Shown here piece by piece: positions 26,178-35,983 of a DNA stretch of 64,000 bases. The notes under the pieces were generated by a model. That model was not told the DNA's origin, searched no databases, and saw nothing but the letters and a program-made list of their open reading frames with translations. How positions within the stretch are numbered: position 1 is the stretch's first letter; each line of letters begins with the position of its first letter. The stretch is from sequence record SRR20825006_497, one strand, 5' to 3'. Position numbers and translations under genes: made by a program.

Positions 26178-28526
26178 ATGATGACCGTAAAAGAGATTTT
26201 CGAGACCATGGACTATGGCGCAGCACCGGAATCGGCGGCGGAGGCTTTGGCGTGGCTGGTGGAGGGCGGCGACCGGTTTGGCCATTTCATTGATGGCAAA
26301 ATGACCGCGCCTGCGACAGCGCCCGGTGAGGTGTTTTTGGCGAAAAACCCGGCGACGGGCGAGGTGCTTGCGCATTTGACCCAAGCCTCTTTGGGCGAGG
26401 TGGACATGGCCGTGGCGGCCGCGCGAAAAGCCCAAGCCAAATGGGAAAAGCGCGGCGGCAAAGCCCGTGCCAAGGTGCTTTATGCTTTGGCCCGTCTGGT
26501 GCAAAAACACGCGCGCCTGTTTGCGGTGCTGGAGACGCTGGATAACGGCAAACCGATCCGCGAGAGCCGTGACATCGACGTGGCTTTGGTGGCGCGGCAT
26601 TTCTATTACCACGCGGGTATGGCGCAACTGATGGACGAAGAATTGCCCACCCGCGAGGCGCTTGGGGTGTGCGGTCAAATCATCCCGTGGAACTTCCCAC
26701 TTTTGATGCTCGCGTGGAAAGTCGCGCCCGCGATTGCCATGGGCAACACGGTGGTGTTGAAACCCGCCGAATACACCTCGCTCACCGCGCTTTTGTTTGC
26801 GCAGATTTGCCAAGAGGCGGGGGTGCCCAAAGGCGTGGTCAATATCGTGACCGGCGATGGGGCCGTGGGTGAGATGATCGTCACCCATCCAGACATCGAC
26901 AAAATCGCCTTTACCGGATCGACCGCCGTGGGGCGTCGCATCCGTCAGGCGACAGCCGGATCAGGCAAATCTCTGACCTTGGAGCTGGGCGGAAAATCCC
27001 CCTATATCGTCTTTGAAGACGCCGATATTGACAGCGCCATCGAGGGGCTGGTGGACGCGATTTTCTTTAACCAAGGGCAGGTCTGTTGCGCAGGCTCGCG
27101 GCTTTTGGTGCAAGAAGGCATCGCGGAGGATTTCCACGCCCGGCTGATTGACCGCATGTCGAAACTGCGCATTGGCAACCCGTTGGACAAATGCATCGAC
27201 GTGGGGGCCATTGTGGACCCGAAACAGTTGGAACGGATCGAGGCACTGATTGCCAAAGGCGGTATGGAGGGCACGGTCCATCAACCCTGTCCCGTGCCCG
27301 AGGGCAGTTTCTACCCGCCGACCTTGATCACCGGATTGCACCCTTCTGCGATGCTGATGCAGGAGGAAATCTTTGGTCCGGTGTTGGTTTCGACCACCTT
27401 CCGCACGCCCGAAGAAGCGGTTCTGGTCGCCAACAACACCCGCTTTGGTCTGGCCGCCTCGGTGTGGTCCGAAAACGTCAATCTGGCGCTTGATATTGCG
27501 CCAAAACTGGTCGCAGGCGTGGTTTGGGTCAACGGGTCGAATATGTTTGACGCGGCCGCCGGATTTGGCGGCCTGCGCGAAAGCGGGTTTGGTCGTGAGG
27601 GCGGTTGGGAGGGGCTGATGGCCTATACCAAGCCCAAGGGCAAAGTCACCACCGTCAAGCCCGCGATGGCGCATTCAAAACCCGACACCGTGGAGGTTCT
27701 GAACCTCGATCGCACAGCAAAACTCTACATCGGCGGCAAGCAGGCGCGGCCTGACAGTGGCTATTCGCAAGCGATCTATGCGCCCAAGGGCACGCTTTTG
27801 GGCCATGCCTCTCTGGCCTCGCGCAAAGACATCCGCAACGCGGTGGAAGCGGCGCAGGGGGCGAAAGGCTGGAGCAAAACCACAGCGCACAACCGCGCCC
27901 AAGTGCTCTATTTCGTTGGGGAAAACCTCTCGGCCCGAGCGGATGAATTTGCCCAGCGCATTCGCGACCTGACCGGCACAACTGAGGCAAAAGCCAAAGA
28001 GGAAGTGGCGGAGGCCATCGACACGCTGTTCACCTTTGCCGCTTGGGCCGACAAGCTCGACGGGGCGGCGAAACCCGTGCCGATGCGCGGCGTGGCCTTG
28101 GCGATGAATGAGGCGGTGGGCGTGATCGGTGCGTTTTGTGATGACCGGCCTTTGGGCGGGTTGACCGACGTCATCGCCCCCGCCATTGCCATGGGCAACC
28201 GGGTGGTCGCCGTGGCCTCCGAGGCCTATCCCTTGGCCGCCACCGATTTTTATCAGGTGCTCGACACCTCCGATGTGCCTGCGGGCGTGGTCAATATCCT
28301 CACCGGATCGCATAGCGATTTGGCGAAACCGATGGCGGGTCACATGGATCTTGAGGCGGTGTGGTCGTTTTCCGGTGCTGACATTTCCAAAACGATCGAA
28401 TTGGAAAGTGCCGGGAACCTCAAACGCACCTGGGTCAACTTTGGTCAGACGCGAACCTATGCAGCGCGCGATTGGTTGGCGCAGGCGACCGAGGTCAAAA
28501 CGATTTGGGTGCCTTACGGCGAATGA
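26178..28526 (+). CDS. Long aldehyde dehydrogenase (ALDH16-like, catalytic domain + extra Rossmann domain)
   Basis: IIPWNFP, FTGST, LELGGKSP, FNQGQVCCAG, EEIFGPV; C-terminal ~270 aa partial ALDH domain without catalytic motifs. Confidence 0.92.
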   Translation: MMTVKEIFETMDYGAAPESAAEALAWLVEGGDRFGHFIDGKMTAPATAPGEVFLAKNPATGEVLAHLTQASLGEVDMAVAAARKAQAKWEKRGGKARAKVLYALARLVQKHARLFAVLETLDNGKPIRESRDIDVALVARHFYYHAGMAQLMDEELPTREALGVCGQIIPWNFPLLMLAWKVAPAIAMGNTVVLKPAEYTSLTALLFAQICQEAGVPKGVVNIVTGDGAVGEMIVTHPDIDKIAFTGSTAVGRRIRQATAGSGKSLTLELGGKSPYIVFEDADIDSAIEGLVDAIFFNQGQVCCAGSRLLVQEGIAEDFHARLIDRMSKLRIGNPLDKCIDVGAIVDPKQLERIEALIAKGGMEGTVHQPCPVPEGSFYPPTLITGLHPSAMLMQEEIFGPVLVSTTFRTPEEAVLVANNTRFGLAASVWSENVNLALDIAPKLVAGVVWVNGSNMFDAAAGFGGLRESGFGREGGWEGLMAYTKPKGKVTTVKPAMAHSKPDTVEVLNLDRTAKLYIGGKQARPDSGYSQAIYAPKGTLLGHASLASRKDIRNAVEAAQGAKGWSKTTAHNRAQVLYFVGENLSARADEFAQRIRDLTGTTEAKAKEEVAEAIDTLFTFAAWADKLDGAAKPVPMRGVALAMNEAVGVIGAFCDDRPLGGLTDVIAPAIAMGNRVVAVASEAYPLAATDFYQVLDTSDVPAGVVNILTGSHSDLAKPMAGHMDLEAVWSFSGADISKTIELESAGNLKRTWVNFGQTRTYAARDWLAQATEVKTIWVPYGE

Positions 28527-28548
28527 TGCGACACGAAAACGAGACATG

Positions 28549-28572
28549 AAAAAGGGGCCTTCTGGCCCCTTT
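28549..28572. terminator. Bidirectional terminator-like hairpin
   Basis: AAAGGGGCC-TTCT-GGCCCCTTT between convergent genes. Confidence 0.7.
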
Positions 28573-28575
28573 CCT

Positions 28576-29211
28576 TTAGCGTTTTTTGAACCAGCCTTTG
28601 ACCTTATCGACGGCATTGTCCTTTTTCTCATCCATCACATCCCACGCGTCTTCGACATCCTCGACCAGCGGATCAATCGTGCGCTCGCGGAACTGCGCCA
28701 GCATCCGCCAGATCAACAACGCCACCACGGCGAGGAAGGTCAGGATCACGATATTGACCCATGGGATGATGGTCGCGTCGGGACCGGACACCGGTTTGAT
28801 CCCCATGGCATTCGGGAACAGCGACAGGACCTGAGACCGCCAGCCATAATGGGTCACAGAGACCCATTCCGGGGTCTCCTTGTTGGAAATCGCGTCATTG
28901 GCTTCGGTGTAGAGATTCGCGGTGTCAAATTTGAAATAGGGCGGCCAGCCCCAACCGGTGTCCTCATTGCGGTAGACGATGGATTTGCCGTTTGGCCGCA
29001 CCGCCTGAATGAATTGCACATCGCGGTTTTGCGTTGTGGTCGAGCCATTGTCGGGCGCTTGCCAGAACATCGACGTCCAACCGGAAATATCCTGACGCTC
29101 CTCATAGGTGTTCACGATCCGCACAATGTCATGTTGTGGCAGGGTGTAATGAAGAAATCCCCCCACCAGCAAAACGATCAGAGCGATCAGGGTCCATTTG
29201 ACGTAGCGCAT
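28576..29211 (-). CDS. DUF1523 family membrane protein
   Basis: FLHYTLPQHDIVRI, VYRNEDTGWGWPPYFKFD, HYGWR, FPNA. Confidence 0.85.
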   Translation of the reverse strand: MRYVKWTLIALIVLLVGGFLHYTLPQHDIVRIVNTYEERQDISGWTSMFWQAPDNGSTTTQNRDVQFIQAVRPNGKSIVYRNEDTGWGWPPYFKFDTANLYTEANDAISNKETPEWVSVTHYGWRSQVLSLFPNAMGIKPVSGPDATIIPWVNIVILTFLAVVALLIWRMLAQFRERTIDPLVEDVEDAWDVMDEKKDNAVDKVKGWFKKR

Positions 29212-29222
29212 CGGGGCCGTCC

Positions 29223-29489
29223 TTACATAAAATTGGTCACATAGAAGATCACGCAAAAGGCAATCAGCGGCAGGATATAGACGAGCAGCAACAGCTTTGG
29301 CCGAAACGAGCGCTCATACTCTTTGATCCCCTCCTCCACATAAGCGTCCCTGTCGCCAATGGAACCCTCCTCCGCCCATTCGTCCTCTAATCTTTCGCGG
29401 GTCAGCGAGCGGACGTAAATGATCAAAAGGCCGTAAAGCACGCTCAAAAGCACGAAACCGATCACCAAGAAGCGCAGGAAACCAAGCAT
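29223..29489 (-). CDS. Small two-TM hypothetical protein
   Basis: GGAGA RBS, two hydrophobic helices around RERLEDEW...RDAYVEEG; adjacent to DUF1523. Confidence 0.8.
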   Translation of the reverse strand: MLGFLRFLVIGFVLLSVLYGLLIIYVRSLTRERLEDEWAEEGSIGDRDAYVEEGIKEYERSFRPKLLLLVYILPLIAFCVIFYVTNFM

Positions 29490-29619
29490 GTTTGTCTCTC
29501 CTGTCTGAGGGGTCGCCAATCCGGCACAGTGCCGTGCAGCCCATATTCAAGGTTCTGTTTAGCGGGCTTCCGATAAAAGCGCGAGGGGCTTTGATCCTGT
29601 GCCGGTCAGGCACCTACCG

Positions 29620-30018
29620 TTACGATGCGTCGTCCATGGGGTGGAGGCGCATCCCCTCCTCGGCCTTGATCCGTTCAATTCGGCGCGCGAGGCTCAGCCA
29701 AGCCAAAAGCATCAGCGGCCCCCAGACAAGGGTGGCAAGCACGGCGCGGCGGGCCAAAAAGGCACATACCTGTTGCGGTTGCTGTGGGAAAACCTGCCAA
29801 AGCGGTTTGCCCTCCGCCTGATAGAGCACCGCAAACAGCACAGCACTGAGCCCAAACAGGAGAAGAGCGCTCATCAGAACCGAAAGAAACAAACGCCGCT
29901 GTGAGCGCGTCCCTTTCGGTGTCACCACAAAAGGAATCGTCAGTGCCGCAGCGCCGATCAGCACCACAGGCAGCGCAACAGCGACAAAAAACCCGCCGCT
30001 TTCACCCAAATGACCCAT
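29620..30018 (-). CDS. Hypothetical membrane protein (about 3 TM)
   Basis: GAGGAG RBS before ATG 30018; three hydrophobic segments. Confidence 0.7.
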   Translation of the reverse strand: MGHLGESGGFFVAVALPVVLIGAAALTIPFVVTPKGTRSQRRLFLSVLMSALLLFGLSAVLFAVLYQAEGKPLWQVFPQQPQQVCAFLARRAVLATLVWGPLMLLAWLSLARRIERIKAEEGMRLHPMDDAS

Positions 30019-30203
30019 CTGTCTCTCCTCTTGCTCATCGCGCCATGGTCCGGTGCACAAACCTAACCCAACAGTCGCAAACAAAAAATGGATGTCTGAA
30101 CTGTCTGGACCGATCAGAACTGACGCCTGCGCCTTATTCTTCCCCCTTGCCCGAAGCCAAGGGAGACGCTTAGCTTTATACATTGTTTGCTGGAGGGACC
30201 ATT

Positions 30204-30770
30204 ATGTACCGTTTCACGAGAATGCTCACGACCACGGCCTTGCTCACCACCATGACCACCGCCGCTTTTGCCGACGAGGTCACAGACACGCTTGAAAGCG
30301 CACTGAAAGCCTATGGCGAGGGCGATGTCAGCTATGCCATTGACGAACTCGACTATGCCAAACAGTTGCTCAAAGAGATGCAAACGGGCGCCTTGTCCGA
30401 CTTTTTCCCCGCCGCGCCTGACGGGTGGACCATGGAAGACGACGCCGACACGGTGGCGGGCTTTGCCATGATGGGCGGCGGCACGGCAGCGGCGAAACGC
30501 TATTTCAATGACGCGGGAGAAGAGTTTACCATGACCATCGTCGTCGACAGCCCGATGATCGGGATGATGGGCGGGATGCTGCAAAACGCCGGGGCGATGG
30601 GCCTGAAAACCATCCGCGTGGGGCGCGAAAAATTCGTCGATCAGGACGGCACAGTGTCGGCGCTGATCGAAGGGCGCGTTTTGGTTCAGGTGGAAGGCGG
30701 CGAACAAGATGTGATCGTTCCGCTTCTTGAACAGATCAATTTTCGCGATCTGGGCCGGTTCGGCTACTGA
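30204..30770 (+). CDS. Secreted hypothetical protein
   Basis: GGAGG RBS, signal peptide ending AAFA-D, FPAAPDGW, MMGGGTAA; host-like codon use. Confidence 0.8.
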   Translation: MYRFTRMLTTTALLTTMTTAAFADEVTDTLESALKAYGEGDVSYAIDELDYAKQLLKEMQTGALSDFFPAAPDGWTMEDDADTVAGFAMMGGGTAAAKRYFNDAGEEFTMTIVVDSPMIGMMGGMLQNAGAMGLKTIRVGREKFVDQDGTVSALIEGRVLVQVEGGEQDVIVPLLEQINFRDLGRFGY

Positions 30771-30825
30771 GATTTGCGATCATAAGACTTAGAGTTGAGG
30801 CGGGATTGCACCGCCTCACTCTGCC

Positions 30826-32034
30826 TTACATCTGCGCTCGAATAACCTGAGCGAGGTGCGCGATGCCCTGTTCAATTTTGGCCGGAGCCGACATCGAGAA
30901 ATTCAGCCGCAGCGTGTTGGTGTTTGAGCCATCAGCGAAAAACGCAGCCCCCGGCACAAAGGCCACATTGGCCTGCAACGCCTGTTTCAACAGCTCGGCC
31001 CCATCCATGCCCTCCGGTAAAGTGACCCAGACAAACATCCCACCCGCAGGTTCAGTCCAGGACACGCCTTCGGGCATATGCGTCGAAAGCGATGTCAGCA
31101 TCGCCTGAAGCCGCGTGCCGTAAACGCTGCGCAAAGTGTCGACATGGGTGTCAAACACCGCCCGCGCCACTTCGGCGACAGCGATCTGGTTGATCGTTGC
31201 GGTTTGCAGGTCCGCCGCCTGTTTGGTCAGCACCAATTGCGAAATGACAGGCTTGGCCGCCACGGCCCAGCCGACCCGCAAACCGGGGGCGAGGGTTTTG
31301 GAAAAGGAGCCAAGATAAATCGTGCGGCACGCGTTGATGTCGCCGGTCTCTTGCATCTCAAGCGCCAGGATCGACGGGAGATCTTCGCCGGAATAGCGCA
31401 GCGATTGGTAGGCGGCGTCTTCGACAATGGCGCAATCCAACGCCTGTGCCTGTGCCAAAATCGCCCGGCGGTCTTCAACGGAAAGCGTCACTCCGGTGGG
31501 GTTGGCGAAATCCGGCGACAGATAGGAAAATTTGACTTTGCCACCGTTCTGCTCGGCGGCCGCAACGATGTCTTGCGGCCTGCGGTTGTCGGCCGGGTCA
31601 AGTCGATCATAGACCGGTTCATAGGCATTAAACGCGCCAAGTGCGCCCAGATAGGTCGGCCAGCCGACCATCACCGTGTCATCCTTGTCGAGGAACACTT
31701 TGCCGAGATAATCCAACGCCTGTTGCGATCCGGCGGTGATCAGGATGTTGTCGCGTTCGCACGTCACGCCAAGCCGCGCCATATAGCCCACGATCCAATC
31801 GCGCAGCGGCGTATAGCCCTCAGAGGTGGCGTATTGCAGCGAAACCCCCGCCGCATGCACATCAGTGGCCTTAGCCATCGCCGCCGCAAAGGCGTCGCGC
31901 GGAAAATAGGCCGGATCGGGGATGCCCCCGGCAAAAGAGTTTATATCGGGTTGATCCAAAAGCTTCAAAAGCTCGCGGATTTCCGAGGCTTTCATCCGGG
32001 ATGTGCGACTGGCGAAAAGCGATGACAGACTCAT
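30826..32034 (-). CDS. PLP-dependent class I/II aminotransferase (LysN/MocR-like catalytic domain)
   Basis: SEIRELLK, SFAGGIPD, GSQQALD, PDFANPTG, EDAAY, GSFSKTLAPGLRVGW, LRLNFS. Confidence 0.92.
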   Translation of the reverse strand: MSLSSLFASRTSRMKASEIRELLKLLDQPDINSFAGGIPDPAYFPRDAFAAAMAKATDVHAAGVSLQYATSEGYTPLRDWIVGYMARLGVTCERDNILITAGSQQALDYLGKVFLDKDDTVMVGWPTYLGALGAFNAYEPVYDRLDPADNRRPQDIVAAAEQNGGKVKFSYLSPDFANPTGVTLSVEDRRAILAQAQALDCAIVEDAAYQSLRYSGEDLPSILALEMQETGDINACRTIYLGSFSKTLAPGLRVGWAVAAKPVISQLVLTKQAADLQTATINQIAVAEVARAVFDTHVDTLRSVYGTRLQAMLTSLSTHMPEGVSWTEPAGGMFVWVTLPEGMDGAELLKQALQANVAFVPGAAFFADGSNTNTLRLNFSMSAPAKIEQGIAHLAQVIRAQM

Positions 32035-32161
32035 GAGGGACCTCCATTGCTTTGTATCTCGCTCTCCGCTGCATTTAAGTCAACACCGCTGACATGAATA
32101 GTGATCCGCATTCACGCACAGCACAGAGGCGCATCCATGCACAGCGCAGGGTCAGAGTCGC

Positions 32162-32205
32162 GTTTCACAAAACTGAAACACAAACGTCACGAACACGATA
32201 CCAAG
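32162..32205 (+). promoter_or_regulatory. Pho-box-like four-unit array
   Basis: GTTTCAC(32162)/CTGAAAC(32173)/ACGTCAC(32184)/ACGATAC(32195), exact 11-bp period, upstream of phosphatase-like gene. Confidence 0.65.
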
Positions 32206-32245
32206 GCGCGCCACACCGCGTGGGAACGAAAACCCCGAGGGATCT

Positions 32246-34411
32246 ATGATGAAAAAGCACCTGTTGCTGGCGGCCTCCGGTCTTGCGCTCTGCACGACTG
32301 CGGCCAATGCCGAGATGAATTTCAACCGCATCGCATCTTTTGCCACGCCGGACAATATGGCCGAGGGCGAAGATCGCGCCCGCCCCACCTCTGCCGAAAT
32401 CATCGGTGCCTCCGAGGACGGCATGACGCTTGTTTACACCGACAGCCCCTTGGGCGTGATCGGATTGATCGACATCACCGACCCGAAAAACCCAGTTGCC
32501 AGAGGCAATGTCGACATGGGCGGCGAACCGACCTCCGTGACCGTGATCGGCAACACCGCCTTTGTCGCCGTCAACACCTCTGAGAGCTATGTCAAACCCT
32601 CGGGCAAACTGGTCTCCGTGAACATGGCCGACGGCTCCATCACCGGCACCTGTGATCTGGGTGGCCAGCCGGATTCGACTGCACATGATGCAGCTGGCAG
32701 CTTTGTTGTCATCGCGATCGAGAACGAGCGCGACGAAGACGCAGGCGATGGCCGCATCGGTCAAATGCCCGCAGGTTGGGTGTCGATGGTCTCCGTCGCG
32801 GATGATCTGGCCGACTGTGCCACTCTGAAAACCACCGATGTGACAGGTCTCGCCGAAATCGGCGCTGACGATCCCGAGCCCGAGTTTGTTGACGTGAACG
32901 GGTTGAACGAAACCGTCGTCACGATGCAAGAAAACAACGAAATGGTTGTGATCGACGCCAATGGTACGGTGATCTCACACTTCCCGGCTGGCACTGTCGA
33001 TCTGGTGCGGATTGACACCGAAGACGAACGTGCCGCGCTTGATTTCACCGGCGAACAAATGGGCCGCCTGCGCGAACCCGATGGGGTTCAGTGGCTCGAC
33101 GACGATCACTTCATGATTGCCAACGAAGGCGACATGGACGGCGGTTCGCGCTCTGTCACCGTGTTCAAAAAAGATGGCGCATTGGTGTGGGAATCGAACT
33201 CCGAATTTGAAACGCCGATCATTCAGTCCGGCCATTACCCGGACAAACGCTCCGACGCCAAAGGCGCAGAACCTGAGGGCATGGAAGTCGCCACATTCGG
33301 TGACAAAACCTACGCTTTCATTCTGGCCGAGCGCGCCTCGACCGTGTCCGTCTATGATGTGACCGATGCGTCCAGCCCGGTGTTCAAGCAACTCCTGCCC
33401 TCCGGTATCGCGCCCGAAGGCGTGATCGCCATCCCGTCGCGCAACCTGTTTGTGACCGCCAACGAAGCCGATCTGATCGAAGACGGCGGCGTGCGGTCGC
33501 ATGTCATGGTCTATGAGTTGCAAGACGCTCCGGCTCAGTACCCGACGCTGACCTCTGAAGGCATGGACGGATTGACCGGCTGGGGCGCGATCTCTGGCAT
33601 GGTCGCGGATGAAGACGGCATGATCTACGCCGTCAACGACAGCTTTTATGGCTATCAGCCGACCATTTTCAAAATCGACCCGTCGGCCAAACCGGCGAAA
33701 ATCGTCGATGCGATCCGCGTGACCCGTGCCAATGGCGATGCGGCGCAGAAACTCGACATGGAAGGCATCACGCTGGACGGCAAAGGCGGCTTCTGGGTTG
33801 CGTCCGAAGGCCGCACAGACCGCGTCACCCCCCATGCGATTTACAATGTGAACGCCAAGGGCGAGATCAAAAAAGAGATCGGCCTGCCGGCTGAGTTGCT
33901 GAACGTTGAGACCCGTTTTGGCTTTGAAGGCATCACCAAAGTTGGTGACACGCTTTGGATGCCGGTTCAGCGCGAATGGAAAGACGACGCCAAGCACAGC
34001 GTGAAACTGGTCGCCTATAACCTTGAGACCGAGGAATGGGGCGCTGTGTCCTATCCGCTGGCGACCCCGGACACGGGCTGGGTTGGTCTGTCTGACCTCG
34101 TGGCCTATGGCGATTACTTCTATGTCATCGAGCGTGACAATCAGATCGGCGCCAATGCCAAGATCAAAAAGATCTACCGCATCCCGGCCTCTGAAATGGT
34201 GCCTGCACCGCTTGGCTCTGCGCTTCCAGTTGTGTCAAAAGAAGAAGTTCGCGACCTGATCCCGGACCTGAAATCCTTTGGCGGCTATGTGGTGGATAAG
34301 GTCGAAGGCCTTGCCATCACCAAAGACGGCGAGATGTTTGTCTCCACCGATAATGACGGTGTGGATGACAGCTCGGGTGAGACCTTCTTCTGGTCCATCG
34401 GCAAGATGTAA
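32246..34411 (+). CDS. Secreted alkaline phosphatase/phytase-like protein (beta-propeller + 'esterase-like activity of phytase' domain)
   Basis: Signal peptide; DPEPEFV, REPDGV, RSDAKGAEPEG, DMEGI, GFEGI, DKVEGLA, TDNDG motifs. Confidence 0.8.
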   Translation: MMKKHLLLAASGLALCTTAANAEMNFNRIASFATPDNMAEGEDRARPTSAEIIGASEDGMTLVYTDSPLGVIGLIDITDPKNPVARGNVDMGGEPTSVTVIGNTAFVAVNTSESYVKPSGKLVSVNMADGSITGTCDLGGQPDSTAHDAAGSFVVIAIENERDEDAGDGRIGQMPAGWVSMVSVADDLADCATLKTTDVTGLAEIGADDPEPEFVDVNGLNETVVTMQENNEMVVIDANGTVISHFPAGTVDLVRIDTEDERAALDFTGEQMGRLREPDGVQWLDDDHFMIANEGDMDGGSRSVTVFKKDGALVWESNSEFETPIIQSGHYPDKRSDAKGAEPEGMEVATFGDKTYAFILAERASTVSVYDVTDASSPVFKQLLPSGIAPEGVIAIPSRNLFVTANEADLIEDGGVRSHVMVYELQDAPAQYPTLTSEGMDGLTGWGAISGMVADEDGMIYAVNDSFYGYQPTIFKIDPSAKPAKIVDAIRVTRANGDAAQKLDMEGITLDGKGGFWVASEGRTDRVTPHAIYNVNAKGEIKKEIGLPAELLNVETRFGFEGITKVGDTLWMPVQREWKDDAKHSVKLVAYNLETEEWGAVSYPLATPDTGWVGLSDLVAYGDYFYVIERDNQIGANAKIKKIYRIPASEMVPAPLGSALPVVSKEEVRDLIPDLKSFGGYVVDKVEGLAITKDGEMFVSTDNDGVDDSSGETFFWSIGKM

Positions 34412-34430
34412 TCTGCCCTGAAAAACACGG

Positions 34431-34458
34431 AAACGCCCGCCAAATGGCGGGCGTTTTT
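34431..34458. terminator. Rho-independent terminator
   Basis: AAACGCCCGCCA-AA-TGGCGGGCGTTTTT. Confidence 0.8.
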
Positions 34459-34485
34459 GTTTGAGGATGTAGACCAGGAAGCCGA

Positions 34486-34968
34486 TTAGACCTCGACGGT
34501 CTCCGGCGCGGTTTCAATCACCTTGGTCTCCACCGTATTGGGTCCGGTGATCTCGATCTGACGCGGTTTAAGCGCCTCTGGCACTTCGCGCTGAAGCTCG
34601 ATGTGCAACATGCCATTCACATGCGACGCGCCCGTCACCTTGACGTGATCGGCAAGCTGGAACCGACGCTCAAAGGCGCGGGTGGCGATGCCGCGATGCA
34701 GATAGGTTTTGGACTTTTCGTCCTCACCCTCGGCTTTGCGCGCGGCGATGATCAACGCGTTATGGCGCTGTTCAATGGCGATGTCTTCGGTTGAAAACCC
34801 GGCAACGGCCAGCGAAATACGCCACGCATCATCGGCGGTTTTTTCAATGTTATAAGGCGGGTAGCTTGGCTGAGTGACCTCTTGGGTCAGAACGCGGTCC
34901 ATCATATCCGCGATTTGGTCAAAGCCGACAGTGGCCCGGTACAGCGGGGCAAGATCAAAGTTACGCAT
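34486..34968 (-). CDS. ibpA: Small heat-shock protein (IbpA/Hsp20)
   Basis: MRNFDLAPLYRATVGFD, YPPYNIEK, YLHRGIATRAFERRFQLADH, PEALKPRQIEI. Confidence 0.92.
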   Translation of the reverse strand: MRNFDLAPLYRATVGFDQIADMMDRVLTQEVTQPSYPPYNIEKTADDAWRISLAVAGFSTEDIAIEQRHNALIIAARKAEGEDEKSKTYLHRGIATRAFERRFQLADHVKVTGASHVNGMLHIELQREVPEALKPRQIEITGPNTVETKVIETAPETVEV

Positions 34969-35066
34969 GGGTATCCTCCAGTGAGCGAATCCAAATGTTA
35001 AGCCTTCCACACACCCAATTGGGCAGGACAGGCGAAGGGCCGGACCCTATCTAGGCGTCCGACCCT
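34966..35066 (-). ncRNA. ROSE-like RNA thermometer in hsp20 5' UTR
   Basis: Minus strand: 5' hairpin AGGGTCGGAC...GTCCGGCCCT, and ATTCGCTC-ACT-GGAGGAT placing a U-C-G-C-U motif against the Shine-Dalgarno. Confidence 0.6.
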
Positions 35067-35070
35067 GTAA

Positions 35071-35099
35071 ATTTGGGGATGGGGGAAAGAGGTTTCAAG
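35071..35099 (-). promoter_or_regulatory. RpoH (sigma32)-type promoter
   Basis: Minus strand CTTGAA-N15-CCCCAAAT upstream of hsp20. Confidence 0.65.
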
Positions 35100-35128
35100 A
35101 GGCGGCTCAATGCTCGCTCAATGCCCAC

Positions 35129-35929
35129 TCAATACCCGGCCACACCGACCACAAATTCGGTGTCCGTCAACTCGGGCAACGGGCCAGCGTCGACCTTTTT
35201 AAAGCTGCTTTTTCCGGTAGCGGCCAGTTTCAAAAGATCGCCCAAGGAGCCGTCAAGCGACGTGCCAACCGAAACCTTTTGGCCGTGATATTGCGCCTTG
35301 GCGGAGATCACCGAAACAATGCGCGGGCGCGAACCGGTCATGTCAAAAATCGGCGCACCGGAGGAGCCGAAATCAACATCGCAAGAGGTCACCAAAACGC
35401 CCCCCTGACGCGCCATCACATGACAGCTTGCCTGCAAGGACGGGGTTTCGGCACGGTCATGGGCATAGGAAACCACGCCCACGGCCTGGCCTTTTTCAGG
35501 ACGCGCGGCGGTTGGAAAGGGCTGCACAGAGCCATCACGCACCGGGCGGTCCAATTCGATCAGAGCGATGTCATTGACCAGACGATCATGGCGATCGCCG
35601 GTGGAAATCGAAAAGCTGGGGTGGACATAGATGGCACGAGCCGTGCGGTAGGCCTGAGCCGAGCCATTGCGCCACCCGGCCTTAAAGGTCACGTCACTGG
35701 GCGCATGGGGTTTGTGCGAATAGATGTCAAACATACAATGCGCCGCCGTCAGCACCAAAGTTTCGGTGATCAAAGAGCCGGTGCAAAAGCTGCGCCCGGC
35801 GAAATCAAGACGCCCGACGGCTTCCCATCCGCGACTGTCGTCCCCGGTCCGAAAGGCCTTGAGCGCGCTATCAGCCTGTGCCTGCCCCAACGAGAGGAGC
35901 AGAAAGACGACGGTGAGCAAATATTTCAT
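35129..35929 (-). CDS. Secreted trypsin-like (V8-type) serine protease
   Basis: Signal peptide; CTGSLI, LTAAHC, DIALIEL, GSSGAP catalytic triad motifs. Confidence 0.9.
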   Translation of the reverse strand: MKYLLTVVFLLLSLGQAQADSALKAFRTGDDSRGWEAVGRLDFAGRSFCTGSLITETLVLTAAHCMFDIYSHKPHAPSDVTFKAGWRNGSAQAYRTARAIYVHPSFSISTGDRHDRLVNDIALIELDRPVRDGSVQPFPTAARPEKGQAVGVVSYAHDRAETPSLQASCHVMARQGGVLVTSCDVDFGSSGAPIFDMTGSRPRIVSVISAKAQYHGQKVSVGTSLDGSLGDLLKLAATGKSSFKKVDAGPLPELTDTEFVVGVAGY

Positions 35930-35983
35930 TGTAGGTCCCATTCCCTGTTCGCCCCCCAGCGGTAATGGGACTTCAGGGCGGGA

